Positions 1-11,700 of a stretch of 64,000 nucleotides of DNA are shown here, piece after piece; position 1 is the stretch's first letter, and every line of letters begins with the position of its first letter. Under the pieces are notes generated by a model. That model did not search any database, was not told where the DNA came from, and worked only from the letters and a program-made list of their open reading frames with translations. Location of the stretch: the NCBI GenBank assembly GCA_950097015.1, contig CATNEN010000033.1, positions 1,116,001 through 1,180,000 on the forward strand, given 5' to 3'. This DNA is from Macrostomum hystrix (lineage: Eukaryota > Animalia > Platyhelminthes). Position numbers and translations under genes: made by a program.

Positions 1-1828
1 TGGCTGCCTTTCTTCAACGCAAGTTTCTACGCGCCCGGAAGCCAAGTGCTGGTGAACTGCACTTTTATCGAGCAGGTGTCAGAGATTTTGAATTGCAATG
101 ACACTGGTGCATGGGTGCCGTTTCATTGTAGCTCAAACGGAGGCGGCAACTTCAGCTTATGCTTCGGACAGCACATTAATTGCACGACGGTCGTGCCGTA
201 CACGCCTTGCCCACGAAATGGGTCCTGGTTGAACGATTCGAGTCTAGAAATCCTGGAGACGATCGACTCGCAGTGGTCCGGCGGCTTCGACAGTCAGTAC
301 TACCTGGCGCCGAACGCCAGCCTTCGAGTCCGCTGCCGGCTGCCAAGAACAGGCGGCCACTTCACGGCTGGCTTAAACCTTACTGGCAAGCTTCGGTGTC
401 CCCTGAGCATCGCGGGCAATAATCAGCTGGTTTGGGATGAGCCGGGGCTACAATGTGCCTTTAGTGTCTGCCAGACAGTTTTCGACGAGTTGCCGCCTCT
501 ATCCATTGCCACTGGAATTAAGGTGAACCAATCTGAGCAATGGCTGCCTTTCTTCAATTCAAGCACCTACCCACCTGGAAGCCAGGTGTTAGTCAACTGT
601 ACCACATACGAGCAGGTATCTGAGATCATATACTGCAATGATACCGGCACTTGGGTACCGGTGCAGTGCAGCAGGGATGATAGTGGAAACAAGACCTTCT
701 GCATTGGGCAGCACATCAACTGTCTAGTCACAACAACTGCACCGATAGAGTACGCGCCGTGCCCAAGGAATGAGTCCTGGCTTAATGAAACGGGCTTAGA
801 AATCCTGGAGGTGATCGAGTCGCAGTGGTCGGGAGGCTTCGACAATGCCCAGTTTTTAGCGCCGAACGCCAGTCTGAGAGTTCGCTGCCGCTGGCCCAGG
901 ACCGCTGGCCGCTACCCAGCCAGCCTCGAGCTGACCGGGACACTCCGCTGTCCTATGAGAACTGCTAGGAGCGAACTCGCCTGGGACGAACCTGCACTGA
1001 ACTGCGCTTACAGAGTGTGCCCGCCCGTGTTCGACATGTTTCCGCCGCTGTCCGTTGCTACTGGAATTCGGGTGAACCAGTCTGACGTGTGGCTGCCGTA
1101 CTACAATGCCAGCTTCTATCCTAGTGGAAGCCAGGTGCTAATCAACTGCACCACCTACGAACTGATCTCCGAGATCCTGTACTGCAATGACTCAGGTTCG
1201 TGGGTCCCTGTCCAGTATAACACGGACAGCACGGGCAGCATCAGCATCTGCATCGGGGAGCACATCAGCTGCTTCGAGACGACTCAACCGCCTACCACCA
1301 CGCCTGCCCCTCCCGAGACTGTTCTCAGTACACTAATCACCGAGGTGCAAATTACCACAAATGGAGTGATCAGCACCGATAAAACCACGGTTACCGAGAC
1401 TCAGAACACTGTCACTGTAGAGATGGTCAGCACCACGGGGAGCTATCAGACGTCTCGGTTCCTGATGACGACGACAACCGTGTCAATATCGACGGTCTCC
1501 ACCACAGAAGGTGTCACGCAGTCAGCCGAATCGACCCTGCCTTCACTTTCAAACAGCTCAGAAATTAACCTCGGTTCCGTGTCATTGGAGAATACGCCAT
1601 CGCCTGCGCCATTGTTAAACACTTCAGGGCCCAGCATCGATGTGGCATCCTCAGCAAGCTTGCCATCGCCTGCGCCATTGTCTAACACTTCAGAGCCCAG
1701 CATCGATGTGGCATCCTCAGCAAGCTTGCCATCGCCTGCGCCATTGTCAAACACTTCAGGGCCCAGCATCGATGAGGCATCCTCAGCAAGCTTGCCGCCA
1801 TTGATAAACGTGTCTGTGCCAGGATTGG
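1..1828 (+). CDS. Partial exon of a secreted/surface protein: ~180-aa Cys-rich tandem repeats (sushi/CCP-like pairs) followed by a Ser/Thr-rich mucin-like stalk; 5' end outside window
   Basis: Frame +1 is open from base 1 (WLPFFNASFYAPGSQVLVNCT). The motif WLP(F/Y)(F/Y)NxSxYPxGSQVLxNCT recurs at 1, 541 and 1090. Many NxS/T sequons. T/S-rich tail with 3 x 66-bp repeats at 1597-1794. Candidate donor G|gtgagc after 1828; otherwise the stop is at 1870-1872. The sushi-like call rests only on Cys/Trp spacing. Confidence 0.75.
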
Positions 1829-3004
1829 GTGAGCTAATCAGAACAAGTTTCAAAACAATTACTTTTATCTAAATAACGCCTCGTTACCAGAAATTTTCCG
1901 GAGATTTTCAGTCGCTGCTCACATGAAGGCACCTCCATTGGGAATATAGTTTTCGTAAGTAATTAACTTGATATTTTATTTTACTATTTTTTCGATCGTA
2001 ATTTTTTATTGTATTGACGCTTTGAAGTCAGACATTTCCTATCGGTAAGTAAAAGCAGGTAAATAATACATAGTTTTTTCGATACACCAAAATGATCAAA
2101 ACCCTAAATATCTAATATGTGTTGCTTGATCGGTATTTCAGTCATAATATGACTAAAGTACACATTTAATCAATGAAATATAGCAATTATAATGTAGCGT
2201 ATTTTCTAATTCACAGCATTATTTTTGTTGTTAATTGCATTATTATTTATCGTTTAGAAATAAAATAGAAATATAATTTAGAGTTTCTTCAGGAAATTTA
2301 CCTAAAAAGCGTAAACTTAATATTCGCTGTTTTTCTAGAAAATTCTGTTTAGTACCATTCTTTTTATCAAATATAGTTTTAAGTAGTTTAAAAAATGATT
2401 AATAATGTGCTCCATATATGCAGTTTAATTTATTTTGCATGAAATTATCATCATCTAGATTGCTTTGTTATACCGTTCGCATTTTCTTAGAATTTCCTCT
2501 TATTACGCAATGTGTAAATGCACGCTACCACATGCCTAAACTTTTCAACGTTTTACTCAATCAATCGATGGACTTCCTCAACCAATAAAATAACCACCGA
2601 GTTCGCTCAATTCCTTTAAACTAAAAGTCTTTACAATAATACAAACCCACGCATGCGGTGGCCTACGACTGAGCTATAAATTGATAGAATGAGGATGTAT
2701 AACTAATAATTGTTGTTTGGCTTCTTAATTTGATAATATTTATGCTCGTATTTCCTAAATTGGCTAGCTTTTGTCTGATTGATGATATTAAAAAACATTT
2801 AAGCCTGCTTATTAAAGATTAAGTCCATAGCAACAAGATTGTGTAAATAAACGAAATAAAACATTTTTGTGGTTGTGTACTTTGAATATTAGAGATTAGG
2901 CAATAGCTATAGTACTCATCTGAGTGCAATAAAAGGCAGTATAGCATTTTACTTCCAATAATGAGCCTTAATTGTTACCAAGGCACATAAAAAAACTTCT
3001 ACAA

Positions 3005-3465
3005 GCCGTTGTCTGTCATGCATCCAGTCATTGAGTTGTCAGTCATGCATCCAGTCATTGAGTTGTCAGTCATGCATCCAGTCATTGAGTTGTCAATCAT
3101 GCATCCAGCAGTCATTGAGTTGTCAATCATGCATCCAGTCATTGAGTTGTCAGTCATGCATCCAGTCATTGAGTTGTCAGTCATGCATCCAGTCATTGAG
3201 TTGTCAGTCATGCATCCAGTCATTGAGTTGTCAATCATGCATCCAGTCATTGAGTTGTCAATCATGCATCCAGTCATTGAGTTGTCAGTCATGCATCCAG
3301 TCATTGAGTTGTCAATCATGCATCCAGTCATTGAGTTGTCAATCATGCATCCAGTCATTGAGTTGTCAATCATGCATCCAGCAGTCATTGAGTTGTCAAT
3401 CATGCATCCAGTCATTGAGTTGTCAGTCATGCATCCAGTCATTGAGTTGTCAGTCATGCATCCAT
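3005..3465. repeat. 27-bp minisatellite (GTCATGCATCCAGTCATTGAGTTGTCA), ~17 copies
   Basis: Direct reading; occasional 3-bp GCA insertion. Confidence 0.95.
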
Positions 3466-3914
3466 GTCAAATGTAGAGGGCAAGCCAACTGATTCATTAG
3501 AAGTGTAAGCTATAAATGTTATGTGGTGAGATATAAGGCCACAATTAGTGTCGCTAATCTAAGCAATAAACATAGATTGTACGAGTACATGGGTAAAAAT
3601 GACAATAAAATGATTAAAAGTCTTCTATTGTGGAAAAGACACTGAACTCAGAATATTTTGGCCAAAACAAAAGTCAACAAATCAAAAAGCTATCAGAAAG
3701 CAGGCAGGCCTCGTGAGAAGCTATTGAAGAGATCAACTTTGAGTGGGGCTACAAGTAGATAAAATACCTGACCAAATTTGTTAAATCATATGTTGTTTTA
3801 AACTCACTAGTATGAGTAGTCTGTTTCAGTAGCTTTTTCCAGTAGCTTAGCTGGCGCAAACGAGCTGCTACCTTTTAATTCATAGATCACTCAGTCTGTG
3901 TAACGCTACAATCA

Positions 3915-4150
3915 TTGTGTCACTCTGTACGTCACTCTGTATGTCACTCTGTACGTCACTCTATACGTCACTCTGTACGTCACTCTGTATCTCACTCTGT
4001 ACGTCACTCTATATGTCACTCTGTACGTCACTCTGTACGTAACTCTGTACGGCACTCTGTATGTCTCTCTATACGTCACTCTGTACGTCACTCTGTACGT
4101 CACTCTGTATCTCACTCTGTATGTCTCTCTATACGTCACTCTTACTCTGT
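3915..4150. repeat. 12-bp minisatellite (TCACTCTGTACG)
   Basis: Direct reading. Confidence 0.95.
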
Positions 4151-4269
4151 ATCTCGCTTTATATGACTACTGAAACACCTCTGTTTTTAGGCACAAGATG
4201 TGAAGTCAGCAAAGATTAGTAAAAATGATGAAACATCGGGGATCAAGGTCACCCCAGACTAAACTGCCT

Positions 4270-5777
4270 TCAAAGCAGACTGCAGGCTCGGCTCCTCTGG
4301 CTTGGCCCAGCCGGCGCGCTGAATGGACGCTTCTTAACACCGCCCAGCCCTTCGCTGGCGTCGCCGACGTGTCGACGAGTCGCAGCCGCGGCTACAGCAG
4401 CAGCAGCCGCCGCGGACGAAGCGGCTGAATTAGCCGGCTCCGGCGACTCGGCAGCTTCATCAATGCGGCCCAGTGTGACAGTCAGGCGGCGTTTCAGGGC
4501 CGCCGCAGTCTCAGCCGCCGCCTCGGCCGCCTCCTCAGCCGCGGATTCGGCAGCCACCGACGTGGCGGCGCCGCTGCCAACAACGGCGATGACCTGCGCC
4601 AGCAGCTCCTCCTCTTGATCATCGTCAACATGAACAGCTTCAGGGGCAGCGGCTGCCGCTGCGGTTTCGGCCAGCACGACAGTCCTTGGCTGGCTCTGGT
4701 GCTCCGGGCATAGCCAGAGAATCTTGCCAGACGGCAGGTGGCATCGGCGAAGTCCGCTGGCGATGCTCGGATCGCGACGGCGCAGATACTCGCGCAAGGC
4801 GGCGTGCAGCTGGCGAAGATCGACCTCGGGACCGGCCCGCTCCGCCCCCGAGCGCAGGTGGTCGAGGAGGCGACCGCCGGCCAGCGGGTCGGCCGCGGTA
4901 TCCAGGCCGCTGCGCCGGCTGTGTCGAATGACGAGCATCAGGCGAAGCAGCAGCGGCGCCAGGCCCGCCAGCAGCTGCAGTGCGGCGTCGCGGCCGAGTC
5001 TGATTGGCAGGCCGGCGCCGGGGGCCGCGTGCCAGCCGCCCTCATGCTCGCACAGCAGGCGGAAGCGGTACAGGAAGCTGCTGGGCCCTTCGTCTTCTGG
5101 AAGAGGAAGATCGACATCGGGGGCGTCTTCAGCGAACGGCATCGTGCCGTCATCCGGGGTGCCCGCTCTGCTGGTCTGAAAGTGGAATGTTAGATGGGGG
5201 GTAGAATGTTCGAAGGGTGGAATGAAAAATTCTAATAATTGCATGAGGGCTGCAGGCAATGGCATCCATCATTTGGTGGAGCTGCAGCCAGCAGGAGGCA
5301 ATTCTGTTCATTTCGCTGACTCCTGAGCACACAGATACTTTACGCAGGCACACGCTCACACAGGTGCGTACATCTGCCCTGACTTTCTCATCGTCAGGCA
5401 GTGTACACTTCACTGTGCCTTGGAGGTCGGCCCTCAAGGGCGTAAATTGCACGACAAGCCCAAAAGATTTCCCTGCGCGGCTGCGTCCCAAATGATTGTG
5501 GCCTCGCCTCGGAATCGAGCTCAGGGACCTTGGTGCGAGAGGCGAACGCTCTGCCACTCACCCCCTGGTAAAAGGGTAGAACGGCAGAACGGTGGAATCA
5601 CAGAAAGGTGGAATGGCAGAGGAGAAAGGAGCTTCAGTCAGACGAGCACCCACAACTGAGGTCACTCACCGAGTCCGCATAGATGTCGGGCACGATGAGG
5701 CAGGGAAACTGCTCGGCCGGGTCCAGAAAGCCCGCGTACTGCCTGTAGACCTTGCGCTGCGCCAGCTCGATCAGCTC
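4270..5777 (-). CDS. Roco exons 37-38: C-terminal module and Ala-rich tail, stop TGA at 4270-4272
   Basis: [11 protein letters not shown]...[39 protein letters not shown]; acceptor tttcag|ACC at 5175. Confidence 0.8.
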
Positions 5778-8700
5778 CTGCCAGTTGGACAGTTCTTATC
5801 ATCTTACTATGAGTAGGATATTTGCTAGGAATACTTATATCATTTAAATTGCGTGTGATACTGGAGATTGATTAGAATGACTTAAAAGAGATTGATTAAA
5901 ATCTCCATGAGATAGATCTGTGTGACCTTCAAAAGATTTATCAGTGTGATCTCCAAGAGATTGATCAGTGTGATCTCCAAGAGATTGATCAGTGGATCAT
6001 TACCTGGAACATGGCTCCCCCAGCACCCGCAATGCTGCTGCTGCGCCGCTTTCGCAGGCTGTCTTTGCTGTCGGCCCTCCGGCTGGGGTAGTACTTCTCC
6101 AGGCACTCTGTGACGCTGTTGAGCAGCGTCTCGAAGCAGGAGTCGGTGCCTGCTTGGAAGTTCACCTTCGGATGGCCGAGCGACATCATGCCGATCTGTG
6201 CGACGGAGGATTGGGGATTTAGAAATTATTGAATGGGAAAATTCGTGATTTTTATAAGAATTTCGGTATCAAGAGATCGACAATGGAAGATTGGAACAAT
6301 AGAGGATCGGAACAATGGAAGATTGGAACAATGGAAGATTGGAACAATGGAAGATTGGAACAATGGAAGATTGGAGCAGCGTATGATGAGATTATTGGGG
6401 AAGATTTGGGGAAGAGGGATGTAAAGAAAAGTTTAGATAAGAGATTATATGGAAAATAAGTTATTATGGTAAAATACAACCTTGAATTCATAAATAGGAA
6501 TCTTATAAATTGTAGCCTAATATTTTGCTGTCAAATGCAGTCCTGAAGCAAGTTCAATTTTTTAAACCAATTAACTACAAACTCATTTCGGAGCAGTTGA
6601 TTGTCTTTTTGGTGCAGGCCAACCAATCAAAAGAGTGCTAATGTAAATAAACGACAGTGCTTTCACAATCTCCATAAATTTGATTACATTTCTCCTAGTC
6701 TGATAAAGCATACATCTTTTGGCGGCCTGTGTGTTTTTATACCTTCAACTGCATTAAATCTGCAGCCACTTTAAGCCGGCTTCACGCCACGAATCATAGT
6801 CTCGAGTGTTTGTGTTGTCTGATCCTCTTTTTTCCCTTAGTCTCCCAGCACAAATAAATGATTAGCCGCACGGCCCCCCAGGGCGAAAAAGAGGCTGTCT
6901 GTCAGTCAGGCTGTCTGTTTCGCACGGTTTGTGCGGCTGTAGTGATAGTACGAGCTGCATGGAATCATGCTGTTCTCAATGTGCATTTCAAATCAGGGAC
7001 TGCCCAAATATTGGAGAGTCCAAATATGAATTTACTATATCGATGATATAGTCAGGCTTATTCTCATTTTTTATCATACTGATGTTTATGCTACTCATAC
7101 TTTTGTTTGTTACTGCCTAATAGCAGTAATTCTATTCCTTACAATTCTATTTTTAATTTTTACTCGTTTGTCTAGCTGTACTTTTACGTTTGATTTGTAT
7201 TTTTCTGTGGCAATTTTAAGGGTGTACTTTTACCTCGAAATTTTATGCACTTTAATAATTCATTTGTACTTTTCTGTTGCTGTGTCGTGTACTTTTATGA
7301 ATTGTGAACCTTTTTGTGTAAAAAATTATCAATGAAGTGAACTTTTTCTCTATTCATTCAATAATCCCAAACAAGGTCATAACATTTGATATTTTTTACA
7401 TGCAGGCAACAAGCATGGTGACATTTTTTGAGTCGCAGGGTGTGGCTGGTGGGTGAAGTTTCACAGAATTAGCTCGTTGCAGAAAACCGACTTCAACTTA
7501 AGCCAGACTAACTGCAGACTGAAATCGAAACCAATCTGAGAAGTGTATATAGCTAGCTGCCTAGCCATGCCGCAACCTCGGCTTGGGAGCTGGAAACGGG
7601 CTCACTTTCGTTCCCAGTCTTGTATCGGCCGTACAGGATCGATTTCCCTTTCTCCCAAAAGGATCTATTTTCCCCTAAAACTGCAGCGCTGTATTTAAGC
7701 CGGCTACTACTCGCGCAGCTAAATGAATCCTTGAAATTCTTGAGCACTCGCCGCGCGGGGCCACCGGCTGTGGCTACTGGCTACTGAAATCCGCTTCCCA
7801 GCTTTAGTAGCACACCTGCGTGGGAGTGTGAGTAGAGGATTTAAGCCGTAGATATCGACGTATCACAAAATGCCTCCCCAGTTTCGCTTTTAACTTCCTT
7901 TCGTAGAATCTCGGCTGATCGCTTCTGCTACAGTGGCTCGAATTGAAATCAGACTGAGGTCCCTCACACATTAGAGCTGTTCGAATGTTTCAACTGTCCG
8001 CCAGTTATTCAGTTTTAGACATGTACTTTTGTTTGTTTAATAAAAATTTTTATTCAATGCGGCTCCTTATTTGGTAATATTTGGTCGCGGCTCAGCCACC
8101 GAGTTCGCTGATTGGCTGACGCTCTCTGCAGGCGAAGCCCAACCCCATCAAGCCGACTCTGATTGGCTGGGGGCCCGTCACAAATTAACGCAGCTTTTCT
8201 ATCGCTGGGTTTCTGGGTTTCTAGCACACTTCACTCCACAGATTTATTAGATCCAAAAATGATAAATCCATAGATTCCTTATCTGCCCAACTGTAAATAT
8301 AATGTGCCAAAAATTACCTTAACTATTCTCTCATTGGCTGAAACGAAAAATCGATTCTACCTACTGCAACTAATACTATTCATGCTTGCTAAGTTGCTCA
8401 TTTAGTTGCTCAGCATCATTCGATCTTTGAATGTCTAGATTGGCTTGGTTACCTCCGTGGACTCCCACAGCACTCCGGTGCCGACCACGCAAATGATCAT
8501 CGGCCTGTTGAGCGTCAGGTGAGCGAACCTGAACTCCATCTGACAGTTCTTGGAGGCCACGTACTGCAGTGAGATTGCGATGGGGTGTAGTTAGCTAGCT
8601 TAATGATAACAATAATAATAATATAACAATAATAATTTCTGGAGGGCTGCGTTCAACGGCACATTGCTGGTGACAGTATAACAGAAATTTCGATGACTCC

Positions 8701-11700
8701 TGAGCACGCACGCACACAGATACCGTACTCAGGCACACACTCATACAGGTGTGTACATCTGCCCTGACTTTCTCATCGTCAGGCAGTGTACACTTTCACT
8801 CTGCCTTGGGGGTTGGCCCTCAAGGGCGTAAATTGCACGACAAGCCCCCAAGCCTTGTCTCGGCGGCTGCACTTCAAATAAATGTGGTCTCGCCACGGAA
8901 TCGGGCTCAGCAACCTTGGTGCGAGAGGCAAACGCGTTAACCGCTCTGCTACTGACCCCCTAGTTAACTAACTTGCGTGGGAGCATTCTTTTTTCTGTCC
9001 ATTTTGCCCATTAACGTGGCGCTCCCACGATTTAGTCGCGTCACACTCACGGTCCGGTGCGGACTATGGCGCTAATGGAGGCTAAGTCAGTGCTATAAAT
9101 TTTCATCCACACAATGGCTAGGTGACTTTGATTTGCAAACGCAATTCTTAGAATCCCATTAGCCAAATATAGAAACATGAATGCACTTTAGTTCCGAGGA
9201 AGTCTGGAACCTGTTGCCAGTCACTCAGATGGCTTTCGCCGAAACAGAAACACATTTTTCCTGAGACCTACACCTAAGACAACTACGAGTATTAAGATAA
9301 ATTTCAAATCAATTCGATCTAAAACCTAAGACCAGCGAAATAATGGTAGAGTCAGTCTCACCTCATCAGATAGGCAAGCCACGACAACCTTGCAGGCCTT
9401 GAGTCCCTGGCAGAGGTCTTCGAACAAGCCTTTCTCTCCTAGCCGTTCCACGTCGATCCAGCAGGACAGTCCGCCCACCTCTTCCAGGTGTTTTTTAATC
9501 TTGCGCGGATCGCCGAAGCCCAAGGAGCGAGAGGTGGCCTTGCCGTGTCCGGCCTTCACAGCCTCGTGCGAGTTCGCCCAGCAGTAGCTGATGAACACGT
9601 CAGCGCGGCTGCTCACTCGCTGTGTGGTGTGGTGGCATGATTGTCAGGTTCAGTTAGCATTCACTTTCAAAGGCATACTTGATGGTAAAGACAGCACTGG
9701 AAGTTAGTCGGCTAAGTTTGATGTGCTTTGGTGTGTTGGGCATTTGATTTGAACTAAATCGCTGTGTCAGAATCTGTATTCCTATAATAATTTAGCTCTT
9801 GTTTTATAGAACACGTGTCACCTATTCATTATCAAAGCCTCTCAAAGAAAGCCAGCGGAACTGAAGTGCGAATCTCAGCAGCGTGTGTCGCAGAGCAGAA
9901 GATATTGATAAGAAACTCGACCCAGTCTCACTTTGATCTGCCACCAACAGCTTTGCTTGGGGACGGAAATCAAGGAAATCAAGGCTTCTGTTGATAGGAA
10001 CAGAAAATGTCTCAGAAAGAGTAAGGTTTCACATTATCGGCAAGCAAATTGGCCTTCTTAATTCGATAATAAGTTTAGGGAATATGAGTGCGGACACGTC
10101 GATTTTTTTTAAATACAATCTAATTTTAACTAAAATTCACATTTGAGCGTATTAGCTGCTGTCATACTACTCAGCAAGCGTACATTCAAGCAAAGGATTC
10201 ACCTTAACAAAATTAATCCCACTTCCAAATGAAGAGAGCAACGCGCCCATCCATATAAGTTTTCTCTCTTTCTCTTCTTAGTCCACTCATATTTTTTGTG
10301 CGAGATATCCATACGCCAGCCCAGCTGCAATCTGATTGGCTGGCGGGTTAGATCAGAGGGGCGAGAACCGGATCGGAGCGTGAGACGAAGTAGAAAAATT
10401 TCCGAGTTTAGGAAGAGAATACGCCAGGGACAGGGAGGCGGTGGGGCGAACTCGACAAAAGCGCCGCAGTTGTCAGAGAACACTATAATCTGCTCAAGCA
10501 TCACAATCTGCAGCAACAGGAGCTATGCTAGCCCACGTGGCTGTCAACGGCAGCTGTCTGAATGACTCCAACAGCTCGGCGGGTCCCGCCGGCGGCGCCG
10601 CCAATGTCTATCTGTACATTGCGTGCGTCCTGAGCTATCTGAATGCCCTAACCAACGGCTTCTCTCTTGTGGTGTTCGTCCTGGACAAGAAAAATGTCAT
10701 CATGGGCCGTCTGCTCCTGCTTCTATCGCTCTCTGAGACTGTGCTGAACATCGGCTTCGCAGCCAACCTCACCGTCATGCTCTCCGTCATGGCAGACGCG
10801 GGCAGGCAGACCTACGACAGCACGCTAAGACCTCAAATCCTCACCTGCACCTTCTTCCTCTCGTTCGTCGTCGCCAACGCCTTCATTATGGTGCGCAATT
10901 GGTGCCTCGTGATGATCGCCGGCAGCCGTTGCGAGGTGGTCAGCAACCCCTTCAGCACCCGCAGTGGCCAGCTGTTCAGTCACCGCCGCAGTCAGGTGTG
11001 CTACGCGGTGACTCTCATCCTATCACTGTTGGTGTGCGCCCCGCGCTTGTTTGAGTTCACCTGGACAATCTGCGAGTTCCCGCCGGCTGCTGGCGAGGAC
11101 AATTCAACTGGCACCGTTTACAGCCTGACCACCGCCACGCATCACATCCTGGACAAGAACCCGTCCTACAGCCACTACAAGACTCTGCTGGTGTTTCCGC
11201 TGCAGACGATTGCTCCAATTTTTCTCATTAGCGGCCTGTCGCTGGTGATCATCTTCATCTTGCGCAGGCGGCGTCTTCTCCAGCAGAACAGCGGCGGCGG
11301 AGCCGGTGGTGGCGGCGGCGGCGGTAACGTCAATAGCGGCGCCGGAGGCGGAGTCAGTGCTGGCGGCGGCAGCGGCAGCCGCAGCCAGGATGCAGCCACA
11401 AAGACCGTCATGATCCTGATGTTCTCGTTCATCATCTGCGAGCTGCCCACTTTTCTGTTCTTCATCCTGAACCAGACAATCTTCGCCTCCATGCGCGGCT
11501 TCACGGAGATCCGGATGCACACCACCTTCCTGGCCAACATCATGCTCAGCGCGGACAGCTTCACTAACTTCATCATCTACAGCAGCACCAGCAACACCTT
11601 CAGGGAGACGGTGCGTCGCATGTTCCACCTGCCCGATAGCCGGAGAGGCCGCAGCAACAACTACAATTATTACAACAACCACCTGCACAACAACAACTAC

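Noticed and set aside
2999-3492. Repetitive ORFs over minisatellites (also 17341, 20669-21282, 22892-23475, 25247-25938, 27715-28907, 29969, 34641, 39708, 52607, 54958-55432)
   Set aside because: Unit-periodic peptides in multiple frames and strands; they lie in introns or intergenic DNA.
4686-5204. Plus-strand ORFs opposite GC-rich exons (also 11104-11838, 26580-27734, 32190-33029, 37225-37832, 46174-46884, 59050-60561, 61355-61988)
   Set aside because: Antisense or alternate-frame shadows of real GC-rich coding sequence, with no domain motifs.
5370-5410. Hammerhead-ribozyme-like words CTGACGA...GAAA in SINE A
   Set aside because: Only 3 nt separate the two words, no stem III/NUH site fits, and CTGAC pairs directly with GTCAG as a simple hairpin.
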